A DNA stretch of 64,000 nt from Octopus vulgaris. Its lineage: Eukaryota. The notes beneath the pieces were generated by a model, which did no database searches, was not told where the DNA came from, and worked only from the letters and a program-made list of their open reading frames with translations. The stretch covers positions 77,252,001-77,316,000 of the forward strand of contig OX597820.1 of assembly GCA_951406725.2 (NCBI GenBank), in the 5' to 3' direction. Below, piece by piece: positions 1-13,184 of the stretch (within the stretch, counting starts at the first letter, position 1; every line of letters starts with the position of its first letter). A program made the position numbers and the translations under genes.

Positions 1-344
1 TGTTTGTTTGGGGGTTTTTTCCGCAGAAAAGATGTCGTCGATTTCTATATTTGCATTTTTCTTCAGGGTAGTATTAAAGCAAGTATTACCATTTTAGAAA
101 GTTACAAAACTTTTTCAACCTTAATGTGTGTGTGGCTATAGCCTAAGTGTAAAACCATAACGAAATTTTTCAGGTGATTAAGGAAAATGGAAGGGATAAA
201 AAAGAGAAAAAGAATTTCAAAGTGGGAATATAGATTGAGATATAAATAGGTTCTTATCTTAGAACAATTAAAGAAAACTAAATATATAGATTGCTAAATA
301 TATAGATAAATCGGGAGAGAGGCGAAGAAACAGATAGGTAAATA

Positions 345-368
345 GATGGATGGATAGATGGATAGATG

Positions 369-452
<84 letters not shown>
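345..452. repeat. (GATG)n/(GATA)n microsatellite
   Basis: Direct reading of tandem GATG then GATA units. Confidence 0.95.
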
Positions 453-454
<2 letters not shown>

Positions 455-751
455 GGGCTTGGAAGTGAGTTTGATAAAGAGGTTCGTAATTTGACAGGCA
501 TTCTTTTTCAGTAGCTTTTAGAGAATCGAAATGACAAGTTTGTTATCGTAAATGGGGTCTTCTATATATTGCTTGTTCAGTAAAGTTATGAATCATTGTG
601 AAATAAAATAAATGCAATTTAATATAGACTCAAATGCTGTCACATTTTGAAAGCGCTACATTAGATTTAAAATATATAAAATACTTTTTCGGTTTATACG
701 GAAAATTTATGTATGCATGTATGTATATGTGTGTGTGTGTGTGTTTTTACA

Positions 752-835
752 GATATATATATATATATATATACATATATATATGCATATATATATATAT
801 GCATATATATATGCATATATATATATATATATATG

Positions 836-887
<52 letters not shown>

Positions 888-908
888 TATATATGTATAT
901 AAATATAC

Positions 909-948
<40 letters not shown>

Positions 949-1026
949 CACAATATACGTATATATATATATATATATGCATATATATGTATATATATAC
1001 ACATATTTATATATACACATATATAC

Positions 1027-1066
<40 letters not shown>

Positions 1067-1190
1067 ATACACACAACACATACACAGGCACTGGCACACA
1101 TATATATAGATATATTTATATATATGTGTGTCAGTGCCTGTGTATGTGTGTGTATTTATGTGTGTGTGTGTGGATGTGTGTGTGTGTGAG
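752..1190. repeat. Complex (TA)n/(CA)n/(TG)n microsatellite, representative of dozens in the window
   Basis: Direct reading; source of the YIYI/CVCV ORFs. Confidence 0.95.
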
Positions 1191-1339
1191 TGTGTTCCTT
1201 TCAATTTTTAATTATTTAAAGATTTTCCATTAGGAAGGTGCTGATTTCTGTCAAAGATACAAAGCTCTTTCCCTGAAATGTAGGTAACAGAAAAGAAGTT
1301 CACATTTCATAAAAGCCTTGCAGAATATTATTGTTGTAT

Positions 1340-1912
1340 GGCGGCGAGCCAGCAGAAACTTTAGCATGCCGGACGAAATGCTTATTGGTATTTCGTCTGT
1401 AGTTACGTTCTGAGTTCAAATTTCGCCGAGGTCGACTTTGCCTTTCATCATTTCGGGGTCGATTAAATCGACTGGGGTCGATATAATCGACTTAATCCGT
1501 CTGTCTGCCCTTGTCTGTCCTCTCTGTGTTTATCCCCTTGTGGGTAGTAAAGGAATAGGTATTTCGTCTGCCGCTACGTTTTGAGTTCAAATTCCGCCGG
1601 GGTCGACTTTGCCTTTCATCGTTTCGGGGTCGATTAAATAAGTACCAGTTGCGCACTGGGGTCGATATAATTGATTTAATCCTTTTGTCTGTCCTTTTCT
1701 GTCCTCTCTGTGTTTAGCCCCTTGTGGGTAGTAAAGGAATAGGTATTTCGTCTGTCTTTACATTCTGATTTCAAATTCAACCGTGGTCGAATTTGCCTTT
1801 CATAACTTCGGCATCAAAAGTATGTTAAGTACCATTTGCGTAGTAAGGTCGATCTAATCGACTAGCCCCCTTCCCCAAACTTTCGGGCCTCGTGCCTAGA
1901 GTAAAAAAGAAT
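1340..1912 (+). mobile_element. tRNA-derived SINE family A, one head plus three tandem core units
   Basis: Head GGCGGCGAGCCAGCAGAAAC, B-box-like GAGTTCAAATT, and core GGTCGACTTTGCCTTTCATC..GGGGTCGAT at about 1430, 1600 and 1785. The same family recurs over 10 times. The core resembles the Meta/MESC SINE domain (from memory). Confidence 0.85.
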
Positions 1913-2186
1913 ATTACTGTTGCGTACGTAGATTCTGAGCTTTTCAGCTAATTGATTTCAAATGTGTGTGCGTGTTGCTAGAGTGTATGTGAGAATGTGT
2001 GGGTTTCAGTCTGTGAGTGTGTATATGTATATGGTTTTTGTGCCATGGGTGCGTGTCATAACGCATCAGATCAAAACGCATCTATCACAGGTAAACATAG
2101 AATCCGAGATTTCATATTCGAGCAGCAAAATGTCCGACAGAAAAATCTTATGGTCGAAACCAGACAAAACGAACACATATTTACAA

Positions 2187-2294
2187 GTACTAGCTACGGT
2201 GGTACATGTTCTAAAATTGGAACGATACAGAGAAGATTAGTATGGCCCCTGGGCAAGGATGGCACGCAAATTCGTGAAGCGTTCCGTATTCTTT
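2187..2294 (+). pseudogene. U6: U6 snRNA pseudogene, full length
   Basis: CTAAAATTGGAACGATACAGAGAAGATTAG-TATGGCCCCTG-GCAAGGATG-CACGCAAATTCGTGAAGCGTTCC matches U6 over about 108 nt. ACAGAGA box intact; catalytic AGC triad reads AGT; 3' end TATTCTTT; no TATA box near -30. Confidence 0.93.
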
Positions 2295-2296
2295 AA

Positions 2297-2410
2297 GTCA
2301 GTGAGCTGGCGGAAACGTTAGAACGCTGAAGAAGCTGCTTCGCGACGTCTCTGCTGATTACACGTTCAGAGTTCAAATTCCACTGCAGCCGATTTTATCT
2401 TTCATCATTT
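2297..2410 (+). mobile_element. Degenerate SINE family A 5' part abutting U6
   Basis: GAGCTGGCGGAAACGTTAG...GAGTTCAAATTCC...TTTCATC matches family A. Confidence 0.75.
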
Positions 2411-2578
2411 ATAGGCGAAGGAGTGGCTGTGCGCTAAGTAGATTGTTTACGAACCACATGGTTCCGGGTTCAGGTCCACTGTGTGGCAACATGGGTAAGT
2501 GTCTTCCACTATAGTCCCGGGCCGACCACAATCTTGTGAGTGGATTTGGTAGACGGAAACTAAAAAGCCCGTTGTGTG

Positions 2579-2649
<71 letters not shown>

Positions 2650-2692
2650 GTATGTATAAGGATGAAAAGGAAGACACGAGTTGATATATATA

Positions 2693-3028
2693 TGAAAAAA
2701 CAAGTCAAGATAGAAAATGCTAAAATAATTTTATAAAGAACATTTCAGTACCGGTTTCAATCATTTTGAGACCAAATATAAGTGGCATTTCCTTGTTTCT
2801 GCCTTTCTCTGTCTCCCTTGTTTACACTTGTTAAAGGCAGAAACAAGGAAAATGCCACTTGTATTTGAACAATATACAAATATTCTTTTAAAAAAACTTT
2901 TCTTTTAACTTTTCTAAGTTTAATTATTTAATCGTTACAGTTGAAAAGGTCTCAAAATGACTGAAACCGGTACTGAAATGTTCTTTATAAAATTATTTTA
3001 GCATTTTCTATCTTGACTTGTTTTTTCA
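2693..3028. mobile_element. Foldback element, probably Penelope-like pLTR fragments in inverted orientation
   Basis: Arms 2693-2773 and 2948-3028 are reverse complements; inner arms 2773-2806 and 2833-2867; TA-rich flanks; contains an HHR motif. Confidence 0.7.
2938..2975 (+). ncRNA. Minimal type I hammerhead ribozyme motif, U3-A8 variant
   Basis: CAG | TTGAAAA | GGTC TCAAAAT GACT | GAA ACCGGT A | CTG: stem I CAG/CTG, stem II GGTC/GACT, palindromic helix III, GUA site. Confidence 0.7.
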
Positions 3029-3187
3029 TATATATATATATATAGATTTATATATATATAGATATATAGATATATAGATATGTAGATATATAGATATGTA
3101 TATATATACACATACATACATATATATATATCTGTGTATATTTATATATATATATATATATAGATAGATAGATATATAGATATGTAG

Positions 3188-3240
<53 letters not shown>

Positions 3241-3426
3241 TATAGATATATAGATATATATATGTATGTATGTGTATATATATAAAATATATGTATGGGT
3301 GTGTACATGTTTGTGTGTCTGCAGCCCCCCCCCCCCAACGTTGCTGGCCTGTTTAGTGGTTACAATAGAATAGGTATTAGGCTTACAAAGATATATATAT
3401 ATAAACACATATATATATATATATGC

Positions 3427-3477
<51 letters not shown>

Positions 3478-3542
3478 TATATATGTATATATATATGCAT
3501 ATATATATGCATATATATGCATATATATATGCATATATATGC

Positions 3543-3631
<89 letters not shown>

Positions 3632-3698
3632 TACGTATATATATATATATGCATATATATGTATATATATACACATATTTATATATACACATATATAC

Positions 3699-3741
<43 letters not shown>

Positions 3742-4169
3742 CACACAACACATACACAGGCACCGGCACGCATATATATAGATATATTTATATATATGTG
3801 GCCACAGTCACATTACTGAAACAAGTAAAAGAGTAAAAGAATAAAAGAATAAGTGGAAAGTATTTTATTTCTAGCATTATGGAGTACGTTGGGAAACACT
3901 CTGCAGAGCTGTTCATCCTTCACTCTTGCGCTATGGGTCTCCTTTCCAATGGTGAGCATAAAGCCTTGATAAGAGCGTGATTAACACCAGATCACTGAAA
4001 TCAGTCTTCATGTCTTCATGTCTGAAGATTGTTGTGGATCGCACTTTCGGGAACCAAATAGGCGAGACATTCACCACAATGATTTATATATGCATGTGTG
4101 CATGTGCGCGTGTATGCGTTTGAATGCGCATGTTCCTGTGTGCATACATTTATATATGCACACACAGAC

Positions 4170-4249
<80 letters not shown>

Positions 4250-4448
4250 TGGTTAGTTCTATTTGAGTGTTTTCAAATACAAGTGTCGGTTGAAAATTTC
4301 ATGGGTTAAAGAAGAATTCATTTTGTTACTCAAAAAATCAGCAACAGCAGATATGACATCATTATAACCCTGATACAATTTTGCAACCATTTATGGGGAA
4401 AAGATGATTGTCAGATAGGCCCAAATCATTAGAATAGGGAGGGTGATC

Positions 4449-4535
4449 ACCGGGCATACGGTGTAGTGGTTAAGAGCTCGGGCTACTAACCCCAAGATTC
4501 CAAGTTCGATTCCAAGCAGTGACCTGAACAATAAC

Positions 4536-4573
<38 letters not shown>
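4449..4573 (+). mobile_element. Short tRNA-like SINE head with (AAT)n tail
   Basis: A box GGTGTAGTGG, anticodon-like arm GGGCTACTAACCC, B box AGTTCGATTCC, no acceptor stem, (AAT)n tail. Confidence 0.7.
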
Positions 4574-4575
<2 letters not shown>

Positions 4576-4577
4576 TG

Positions 4578-4800
4578 TTTAGCCCACATGGGGCTAAACA
4601 CAGAGGGGACAAACAAGGGCAGACAAACCGATTAAGTCAATTATATCGACCCCAGTGCGTAACAGGTACTTAATTTATCGACCCCGAAATGATGAAAGGC
4701 AAAGTCGACCTCGGCGGAATTTGAACTCAGAACGTAACGGCAGACGAAATACCGCTAAGCATTTCGCCCGGCGCGCTAACGTTTCTTACCAGCTCGCTAC
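4578..4800 (-). mobile_element. SINE family A
   Basis: Near full-length reverse complement of family A. Confidence 0.88.
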
Positions 4801-5029
4801 CTTATCGAAAAATACCTTGGGAATTAGAACCCAGGTTCAAAATTTCCCCAAGACATCTGAAGAAGCCGAAACGTTGTGTTAACAACAACCTAGATGAGGT
4901 CAAATATCCGTCGAATGTAAATAATATACATAATTCCTCATATCTTAAATATAGAACTGCAGGGTGATCAAGCGTTTCACATCTACAGTCACACATAACA
5001 CCCGGTGAAGCAAAGAATGTCTATGATGG

Positions 5030-5790
5030 AAGATTGTCTTCATGAAACATAAAACCTTCTATCGGTTTTTGAGGTGTTTGCTCCTGATAGTCTTTCGTAA
5101 CTACCTCAACAATTCACATACAAATCCGCTTCATTGATCGTGTGGCCCTTTTAAAGATAGTTAATAAATATAACCCCTTTTGCATTGAAAATGCAGAGGC
5201 CATCACATTCCTTTAGGTGAAACTACTTTGCCCCTGTTGAAGCGGAGTCGGGGAGGTGTTTCCACAACATGGATTGTCTCTGTGACTCAGGGATGAAGCC
5301 AACGCATCATCTTGAGTTAGGAAACGCTGAAGGAAACCAACTAGATCTATTTCACACAATGTCAGAATTTTCCCGTGATGTGGCCATCCTGGTTTGCTTT
5401 TGATCATAATACCTGTCAGATGAGGTGGAACTCACTGAGCACAAAACTTCGTCATGCCAAGTTCATTGTGTACAATATATTAACTCTAGGTTACTTGATT
5501 TATACTCAATCGCCTGTCATCCTCATCAGATGTTGAACACAATCAATGTTTTCCTCGGTGGTGGGAGTTGCGGGATGTTCAGACCTTGGGCTATCTTCAA
5601 GATTCCCTCTCTCCATCCTAAATTCAGCTGTCATCTTTTGCACTGTTGTTAAAGCTGGAGCGTCAACCTCTGATGTAGCAACCACGTCAGCATGAATGTT
5701 GCTTTCTTACAATTACTTGATAAGACCCTTTTCTTGTAATTATTTGATAAAACCACGATACCAATTTTTTCCCATTTTCAAGACAATATA
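5030..5790 (-). pseudogene. Degenerate mariner transposase (irritans-like)
   Basis: Minus-strand pieces MGKNWYRGFIK, APALTTVQK.TAEF, LEDSPRS.HPAT.TTEENID and FLQRFLTQD match the mariner HTH and first catalytic D region; many stops and frameshifts. Confidence 0.8.
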
Positions 5791-6109
5791 GTACTACTTA
5801 CTGCTGGAGTCTTCTTTGAACAGTCCTATTTCAGTTTACCTGGTAAAGAAAACTAGGTACTTATTAATTGGAAAAATTGAAAATAACGCATATAAGATTT
5901 CACATCTCTACGATCACTTCGTATTCAATCTATCAATGTTTCTGCCGAGTCTCGTATTGATAGTAATTTATTGACTTCATCCTAACCTACTTTAGCACTT
6001 AATGTACATACATACATACACACACACACGCACATACACACACGCACATACACACACACACACATATATATATATAAATATATGTATATATATATACATA
6101 TAAATGTAT

Positions 6110-6140
<31 letters not shown>

Positions 6141-6927
6141 CACATACATACTTTACATGCATATACATATGTTTGTATATAGGAATATACATATCTTGTA
6201 CACATATACATATATATAACTACTTACATTAAGAACTCGCCAGTGACACTTTATCACATTATCTAATGGAACCGATATATTCAACGCTGAATAAAAACCT
6301 ACATAGTTGTATTGTATGATTTCTTATACTCAAAAGTTACTTTCTTTATTCCACATCATACGCTGAACTTATCGACTTATAATTTTCTTTTGCTGACACT
6401 CTAAAACAGAGTAGAATAAGTCCCTAGTGAAGAAGCTGTAACAATAAGGTGCAACTAAACATCTGACAATGTAGCCTTGGCGCTGAAAAATATTTCCCTT
6501 TTTAAAGTCAAGAACGGACATCGACGCTTTGTTGGATGAAGTGCAAGCTTTTAGATCTACTAAGAAAATAGTTCCATTATTGAAGTTGTGCGTAAGAAAA
6601 TTGTCATTATGAATTTAGAATGAAATAGCGAATCAGAGTAAAGCAGTGTGAAACTACAACGGCCACAACAGTAATGTATTGAAAGAGACATTTACGTGTC
6701 AACGAGTATGGTTTCCGCATTGAGTGAAGCAGTTTTACATTTACAACGATCCTCTATGTTCGAAGTAGTAATGGTGGACGGAAGACCAAAAGAAATAAAT
6801 AAGAGACAAGGAATTTGATTTTGCTATTTTTTTCGCTATCTTTGTCAATGTCACATATCTAACATTTCACCCTCTTTGTCAGTCTCATACATTCTTGCAG
6901 TCTCTCCCTCTCTTTTATGTTTCTGTC

Positions 6928-7423
<496 letters not shown>

Positions 7424-7619
7424 CTACGCTATTATATATATATAAATGAACACAGAAATGGGTGTGTGTGTGTGTATGTATGTATATAGGTGGTGTGAAA
7501 CAAACAGATGTATTGGATTAACAAAGAAAATACGTTTCGAAGAAATGAACCAGAAAGAAACAAACAAACAAAGAAAATAGGGGCTAGCGATCTCTCATGG
7601 CGAATGCCGGCTAGAGGGG

Positions 7620-7671
<52 letters not shown>

Positions 7672-7733
7672 TTGAGTATTTATATTTCAGTTGATAAAAT
7701 ATATATGTATATATATATATGTATATATATGTA

Positions 7734-7816
<83 letters not shown>

Positions 7817-7900
7817 GTGTGTGTGTGTGTATGTATGTATATAGGTGGTGTAGAAATCAAACAGATGTATTGGATTAACACTCAGGGAATTGAAAAAGTG

Positions 7901-7934
7901 TTTTACGTTTCGAGCCTACGCTCTTCCACAGAAA
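7901..7934 (-). ncRNA. Minimal HHR-like motif with atypical core (CUGUGGA-A)
   Basis: Minus strand TTT | CTGTGGAA | GAGC GTAG GCTC | GAA ACGT A | AAA. Confidence 0.55.
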
Positions 7935-8023
7935 TGAACACAGAAAGAAACAAACAAACAAAGAAAATAAAAAAGATGTGTAGGGGCTAGCGATCTCTCA
8001 TGGCGAATGCCCGGCTAGAGGGG

Positions 8024-8063
<40 letters not shown>

Positions 8064-8611
8064 TTGAGTATTTATATTTCAGTTGATAAACACACATAAT
8101 ATTTTTGACTAAGTGTAAACTGGGGAGTTGAAATAAAAACATTTCTACTATTGCAATAGAGAGAGGAGAAAGAAAGATAGAGATAGAAGGAGAGAAAGAG
8201 ATGGGAGACACAGAACGAGGGAGATGTTACCAGGTAATATTTTTATATTACGATTTATCATTTTTTTCCGAGCTTAGATGATTGGAATAAATTAAATATT
8301 TTGGGGAATTTCACATAGTACGAGAGTGGTTATTAAAGTAATTTCCTTTGCAGCGATGTTGTAAACACGAATGGAAATTTCCTAACTAGATTATCCAAGA
8401 AATTTTTGAAGCGATTTAATTTTATATATATGTTGCATAAAGTTTTATTTGTCTCCTTACAAAGGTAAAAAGAATTCATAATTATATTCTAAAGTAAGAT
8501 CATTCCGGTACGTTTCAGTTTAATACATAGGCGTGGGTAAAAATAGGTACACACTTGCTTAATGTTAGTAAAATGTTCTCTTCATGCCTTTATTTCTTCT
8601 TTTTAACCTAT

Positions 8612-9075
8612 TCAATTGTTAAATCGACTAAGGTACCTGCGGAGGATACTTAGTTCATTAGAAGCCTTTTTTCTGGGGTCTCTGACGAATTCTTGAGCCA
8701 CAAGCATTTTACATTTTTCAGGGGTAACACTCACCGGTCGACCATTCCTTTGTGCATTGCTGAAATTTATCACGTATTCTTTAAATGTTAATTTTGATGG
8801 AGATGGTCTTTGAAATTCTCCATTCAAGCTCCTCTAACCATGTTTGTGTTCTCTGGTTTCCAGCATTGCTTGGTGATCAACAATTTTTTTCAATGATGAT
8901 AACATTTCCTTCTATATAATAAATACCTGAAACTAGGAATGATTATTTTGCTATAGAAGAAATTAATTAACAGGAACATCGACTCATAGAATTCTTATCC
9001 TAAAAAAGAAATAGAGAAATGAAAAGAACATTCCACTCATATTAAGCAACTGCATCCCTACTCAGTCCACCCCTG
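8612..9075 (-). mobile_element. 5' fragment of a Tc1/mariner-superfamily element (DUF4817-like HTH N-terminus)
   Basis: Begins TA|CAGGGGTGG at 9075; frameshifted peptide KQCWKPEN...PSKLT..RIRDKF..NAQRNGRPVSVTPEK..LVAQEFVRDP.K.ASNELSI. Confidence 0.6.
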
Positions 9076-10782
9076 TACATAATTATATACGAGGTTTCTA
9101 CTGAGAGTTATCCAAAAGTGGCATGGGAATTTCTCGTTAACTGACATAGATTGTTGAAATTGTACATGATTGTAGAATGACTATAGCTCAATACGAAGAA
9201 GTTATTCAGGTGAGATTTCATCCCAACTCATGCATTTTCAGTATAGTTGGAATCATGCCCCGACGGTGTTCTAAGATGTAAACATTTCTTCACATTCACT
9301 TCATCTTTGTCATCAAATCGTTCTTTCCATAACATTTATTTTATTTTACAATAACACGTCGGAGATCACCGCATTCAAGTGGTACCGTGGATAGAGAACA
9401 CAGAACGACTCAATTTGGTTATTAACAGCTTTGTTGCTTAAGATGCGGCGGTTCAAGGATTGCCAGTGTGATTGTGAATGTTTTATTGACTCCTCGAAAT
9501 GACTCTCTATATTTTTGAAAATTTCAATATACCACTCAGTGTCTAGATTGCAGCTACGTCCTATAAAAATGAAGAAAAATAGACATTTTTGTCGCCTCTA
9601 AAAATCAGTGACCATGAGTTTCTGTGAATATCGTTGGCTGTTGAACATATTAGACCTTAGAAAAAAGGTATGACGCACTTCCAAGGAAATAGTCTTCCTT
9701 CCAAGTTCATACATTTAATAAATATGAAATATCAAACGCTTCCAATATTATCCCCTATATCACTTTCAGATCGTTATTGAATTACCGAGGCATTCGCTTG
9801 ATACACATATTTTGATACAGAAATTGTTCCACCATCTCCTGTCATATATTGTAATTGCATTCCGGTTGTGAAGTAAACTAATCGATTATGACTCGTCTGT
9901 CCGGACGAATAAAATTACTAACTCATTGGTGACCTATGTCAGTGGTCGCAGATGACGGACTTTTACTGTGCAGTTTGTTTATGCATGTTTCCACTTCCTT
10001 AGAGTTCTTCGTTCTTTTGTGCAAATTGTTCTTGACTTTTATGAATAATGTCATTTCCGTAAAGCATATGTAATCTTCTGTCGATATCTCGCAGCATCTC
10101 TCATTCGTTAAAACTCAATGATGGTGTGTGGATTATTTTAGAACTCATTATTCTTTTTCAGTTGAGAAGAACTGGAATATTCATGAGAGATCAACCTTTA
10201 CTCCAAACATTTACTCAATTTCAATGAAATATGTCAGTGCTTAATTTCAGTACACACGAAACTATGTGTATATGTTTGCATTAACATGTCTGTTCGATTC
10301 ACAAATGAATGCAAACAAAGAAACCGAACTCACCAGATCACCAGAACGTTACGGTAACTTCTACAGTCCAACTTTAACTATACACAAAAAAATCACTTTT
10401 GATATATACAATGTACGGAAGAACGCAAGTGGACAGAATTACGTTGATTTGGTCAGTAACACATACACATCACAATAAAGATAAAACCGTGGCTCTAATA
10501 TTGTAGGAAAAAAATGTCCCTCACTTAAGAATATCGTTGTATCAATTAATATAAAATGCTGGTTAGATATTAAGGAATTCATCATCCGCTTGATAACCGG
10601 TGTGGGTGTGTTTGTGTCCCCGTAACTTAATGTTTCGTCCAAAGCGATCTATAGAATAAATACAAGGCTTAAATAATATGACATTGGTTTTATTCCTTCG
10701 ACTAAATATTCAAGGTCGTACCCAGTATGACTGAAGTCTACTGACTGAAAGAGGGAACAGATACGATATATGTATATATGTA

Positions 10783-10817
<35 letters not shown>

Positions 10818-11694
10818 GTAGATAGATAGATAGATACATACATATATACATACACTTACATATGCACGCCACATAGAGATAGGTATATACATGCATAAAT
10901 GCGGACGTAGACATGTGTGTGCGCGAGAGCGTGTATGTGAATGCGTGCGTGTGTGGTTGTGCGTCTATGTAAATTACGCCATAATTGATTATTAATTTGA
11001 ATATATTCAATCTAACAGTATCTTAAACAGAAAATACTCTCAGAATTGTATTTCTACTTAGAATTCCATCTCTTTAATATTCAATAAGCTATTGAATAAT
11101 ACAGTTGTAAGAGATGTAGCTTTTCCTCCTTGTCATCGGAAGTATCTTTTATTGAGAATGGAGAGTCATCGTCTTATTGGTTATATGGGAAGCTCTTAAG
11201 AATATGAATATTTTGCGACAACTGAGGCGGCGAACTGGCAGGAAAATGCTCAAAGTAATTTCGTCTGTCATTATATTCTGCATTGATATTCCGCCGACGT
11301 CCTTAAAAAGAGATAACGCTTGAGCACTGGGATCGATGGAATCGACTAAACAACACCCCCCAAACTTACTGCCAGTTTGCCAAACCTTGAAGGCAACATT
11401 TTACGGCACTTTAGAGGTCTCAAACGTGTTTCCAAATTGTAATCGAAACGAACTTTTCATGAATTTAATGGTGATCGTAAAACGCAAGGGCGTTTTATGG
11501 AAATCGGGGATACACAATATGATATAGTTTATTGTATATTCAAAAATAAACATTAGTAAGTGGCTGTAAATAAATTATATGCAACTAAGGAATGCATATT
11601 GTGGTAATGAGAACTACTGACAACACAACTGGTACAAAATAAGAGCACCTTAGAAATCGTTAAGAATCAATATATACATATATATATATATAGC

Positions 11695-11892
11695 CTTTTA
11701 TTCTTTTACTTCTTTCAGTCATTTGACTGCGGCCATGCAAGAGCATCATCTTTGGGCCAGCGAATAGCCCCTGGAATTATATTTTGTAAGCCTAGTACGT
11801 ATTCTATCGGTCTCTTAAGCTGAAACGTTAGCTTATGGGGACATACATACACATTGGCTGTAAAGCGATGGTGGAGGACAAACACAGACACT
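11695..11892 (-). mobile_element. SINE family C 3' half
   Basis: TTTCAGTCATTTGACTGCGGCCATGC...TATTCTATCGGTCTC...ACAAACACAGACAC matches 29750-29950. Confidence 0.8.
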
Positions 11893-11904
11893 CTAACATA
11901 TATA

Positions 11905-13116
11905 TTGGGTTGGCAACTAAGTTCCCGCCATTTTTTAATCTGAATTTTTTAAAAGCTTTAATAAAAAAAATAAAAAGTAATTAATCAATAATGTATTCAC
12001 CCTTGTTGTTTACAACTTCTTCCCAACGTTCAACAAGATTTTCAATACCTCGTTGGTAGAAATCATCCGATTTCGACTCGAAAAATTGATCCAACCAAGC
12101 TCTCAATTCTGCATCAGTATTGAACGAAACTCCGCGCATAGCATTTGAGAGATCGAAAGAGGTGGCAATCCGTTGGTGCGAAATCAGGAGAGTACGGTGG
12201 GTGTGGCAGCACTTCCCAGCCATGCGTTTGAATGGCTTCCTTGGTCATATTGGCGATATGAGGGCAGGCGTTGTCGTGCAGCAGAAGAACTCCATGCTGC
12301 CGATTAGGTCTTTTCTCTTGAATAGCCGTGTTGAGTCGTTCCATCTGTTAAACATAGAGTTCCGCGTTGACCATTTGGTTCCATTCAAGCAATTCGTAAT
12401 GGATAATCCCTTCCCAGTCCCGCCATAAACGCAACATCGTTTTACGCGGATGAAGATCTTGTTTCACGCGTGGTGTCGCTTGTTTACCGGGGCTAAGCCA
12501 TTCTTTAAGCTGCTTCATATTGATGCACAGGTACAATGTTTCGTCGCCACTAACGATTCGATAAAGAATCCACGAGTTGAGCGCTAACGAGCAAGCAAAC
12601 CAGCGGAGATTGTGGCTCGTTGATTTTTGTTGTTATCCCTTAAATCTTGCGGAACCCATGCTCCATAGTCTGAACCTTTCCCATTGAGTGAAGATGCTTC
12701 TCTATAGCAGTGTGGGATCATTCCATTTCCTCTACCAGCTACCTTGTCGTTTGACGTGAATTTTCATACAAAAGTTGGTTTAGTCGCTCTTCATCGAATT
12801 CAACCTGACGCCACGAACGAGGTACATCTTTGATGTCAAAATTTCCATTTTTTAAACTTGGCATGGCAATCACGATCGGTTCTTTCAGCTATGGCACCCT
12901 CTCTATACACATCATAAATGTCGAGAGCAGCTTTTACGGCTTTAGAACCTTGATGAAAGGCAAAAAGAAGGAGGTGTCGAAAATGCTGATTTTTCTTAAC
13001 TTGACATTCCATTTTAATGATCTGAAAATAAACAAAAATCAACTGAAGTTAACTAGAAAAATAAACAAAAAATAAGTTCCAAAATTTAAAAAACGGTGGG
13101 AACTTAGTTGCCAACT

Positions 13117-13119
<3 letters not shown>
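11905..13119 (-). mobile_element. Full-length mariner (D,D34D) transposon, mellifera-like TIRs
   Basis: TIRs TTGGGTTGGCAACTAAGTTCCCGCC / GGTGGGAACTTAGTTGCCAACTCAA, TA on both sides, length 1215 bp. Confidence 0.95.
11981..13012 (-). pseudogene. Mariner transposase pseudogene
   Basis: MECQVKKNQHFRHLLLFAF, WVPQDL, IVSGDET, LLHDNA, HPPYSPDFAPTD, LVERWEEVVNNKGEYIID across several frames with frameshifts. Confidence 0.95.

Positions 13120-13184
<65 letters not shown>

Larger units (their letters stand above)
2413..3850 (+). mobile_element. SINE family C, fragmented by microsatellites and insertions
   Basis: Head 2413-2575 (GGCGAAGGAGTGGCTGTG..GGTTCCGGGTTCAG..GATTTGGTAGACGGAAAC), middle about 3305-3390, tail 3798-3850 (TGGCCACAGTC..CTGAAACAAGTAAAAGAG); compare the full copy at 29750-30135. 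Confidence 0.75.

Noticed and set aside
2187-2294. Functional U6 gene
   Set aside because: AGC triad mutated, several other substitutions, no TATA box or clean T-run terminator.
4449-4530. Possible tRNA-Ser(ACT) gene
   Set aside because: No acceptor stem and it runs into an (AAT)n tail; better explained as a SINE head.
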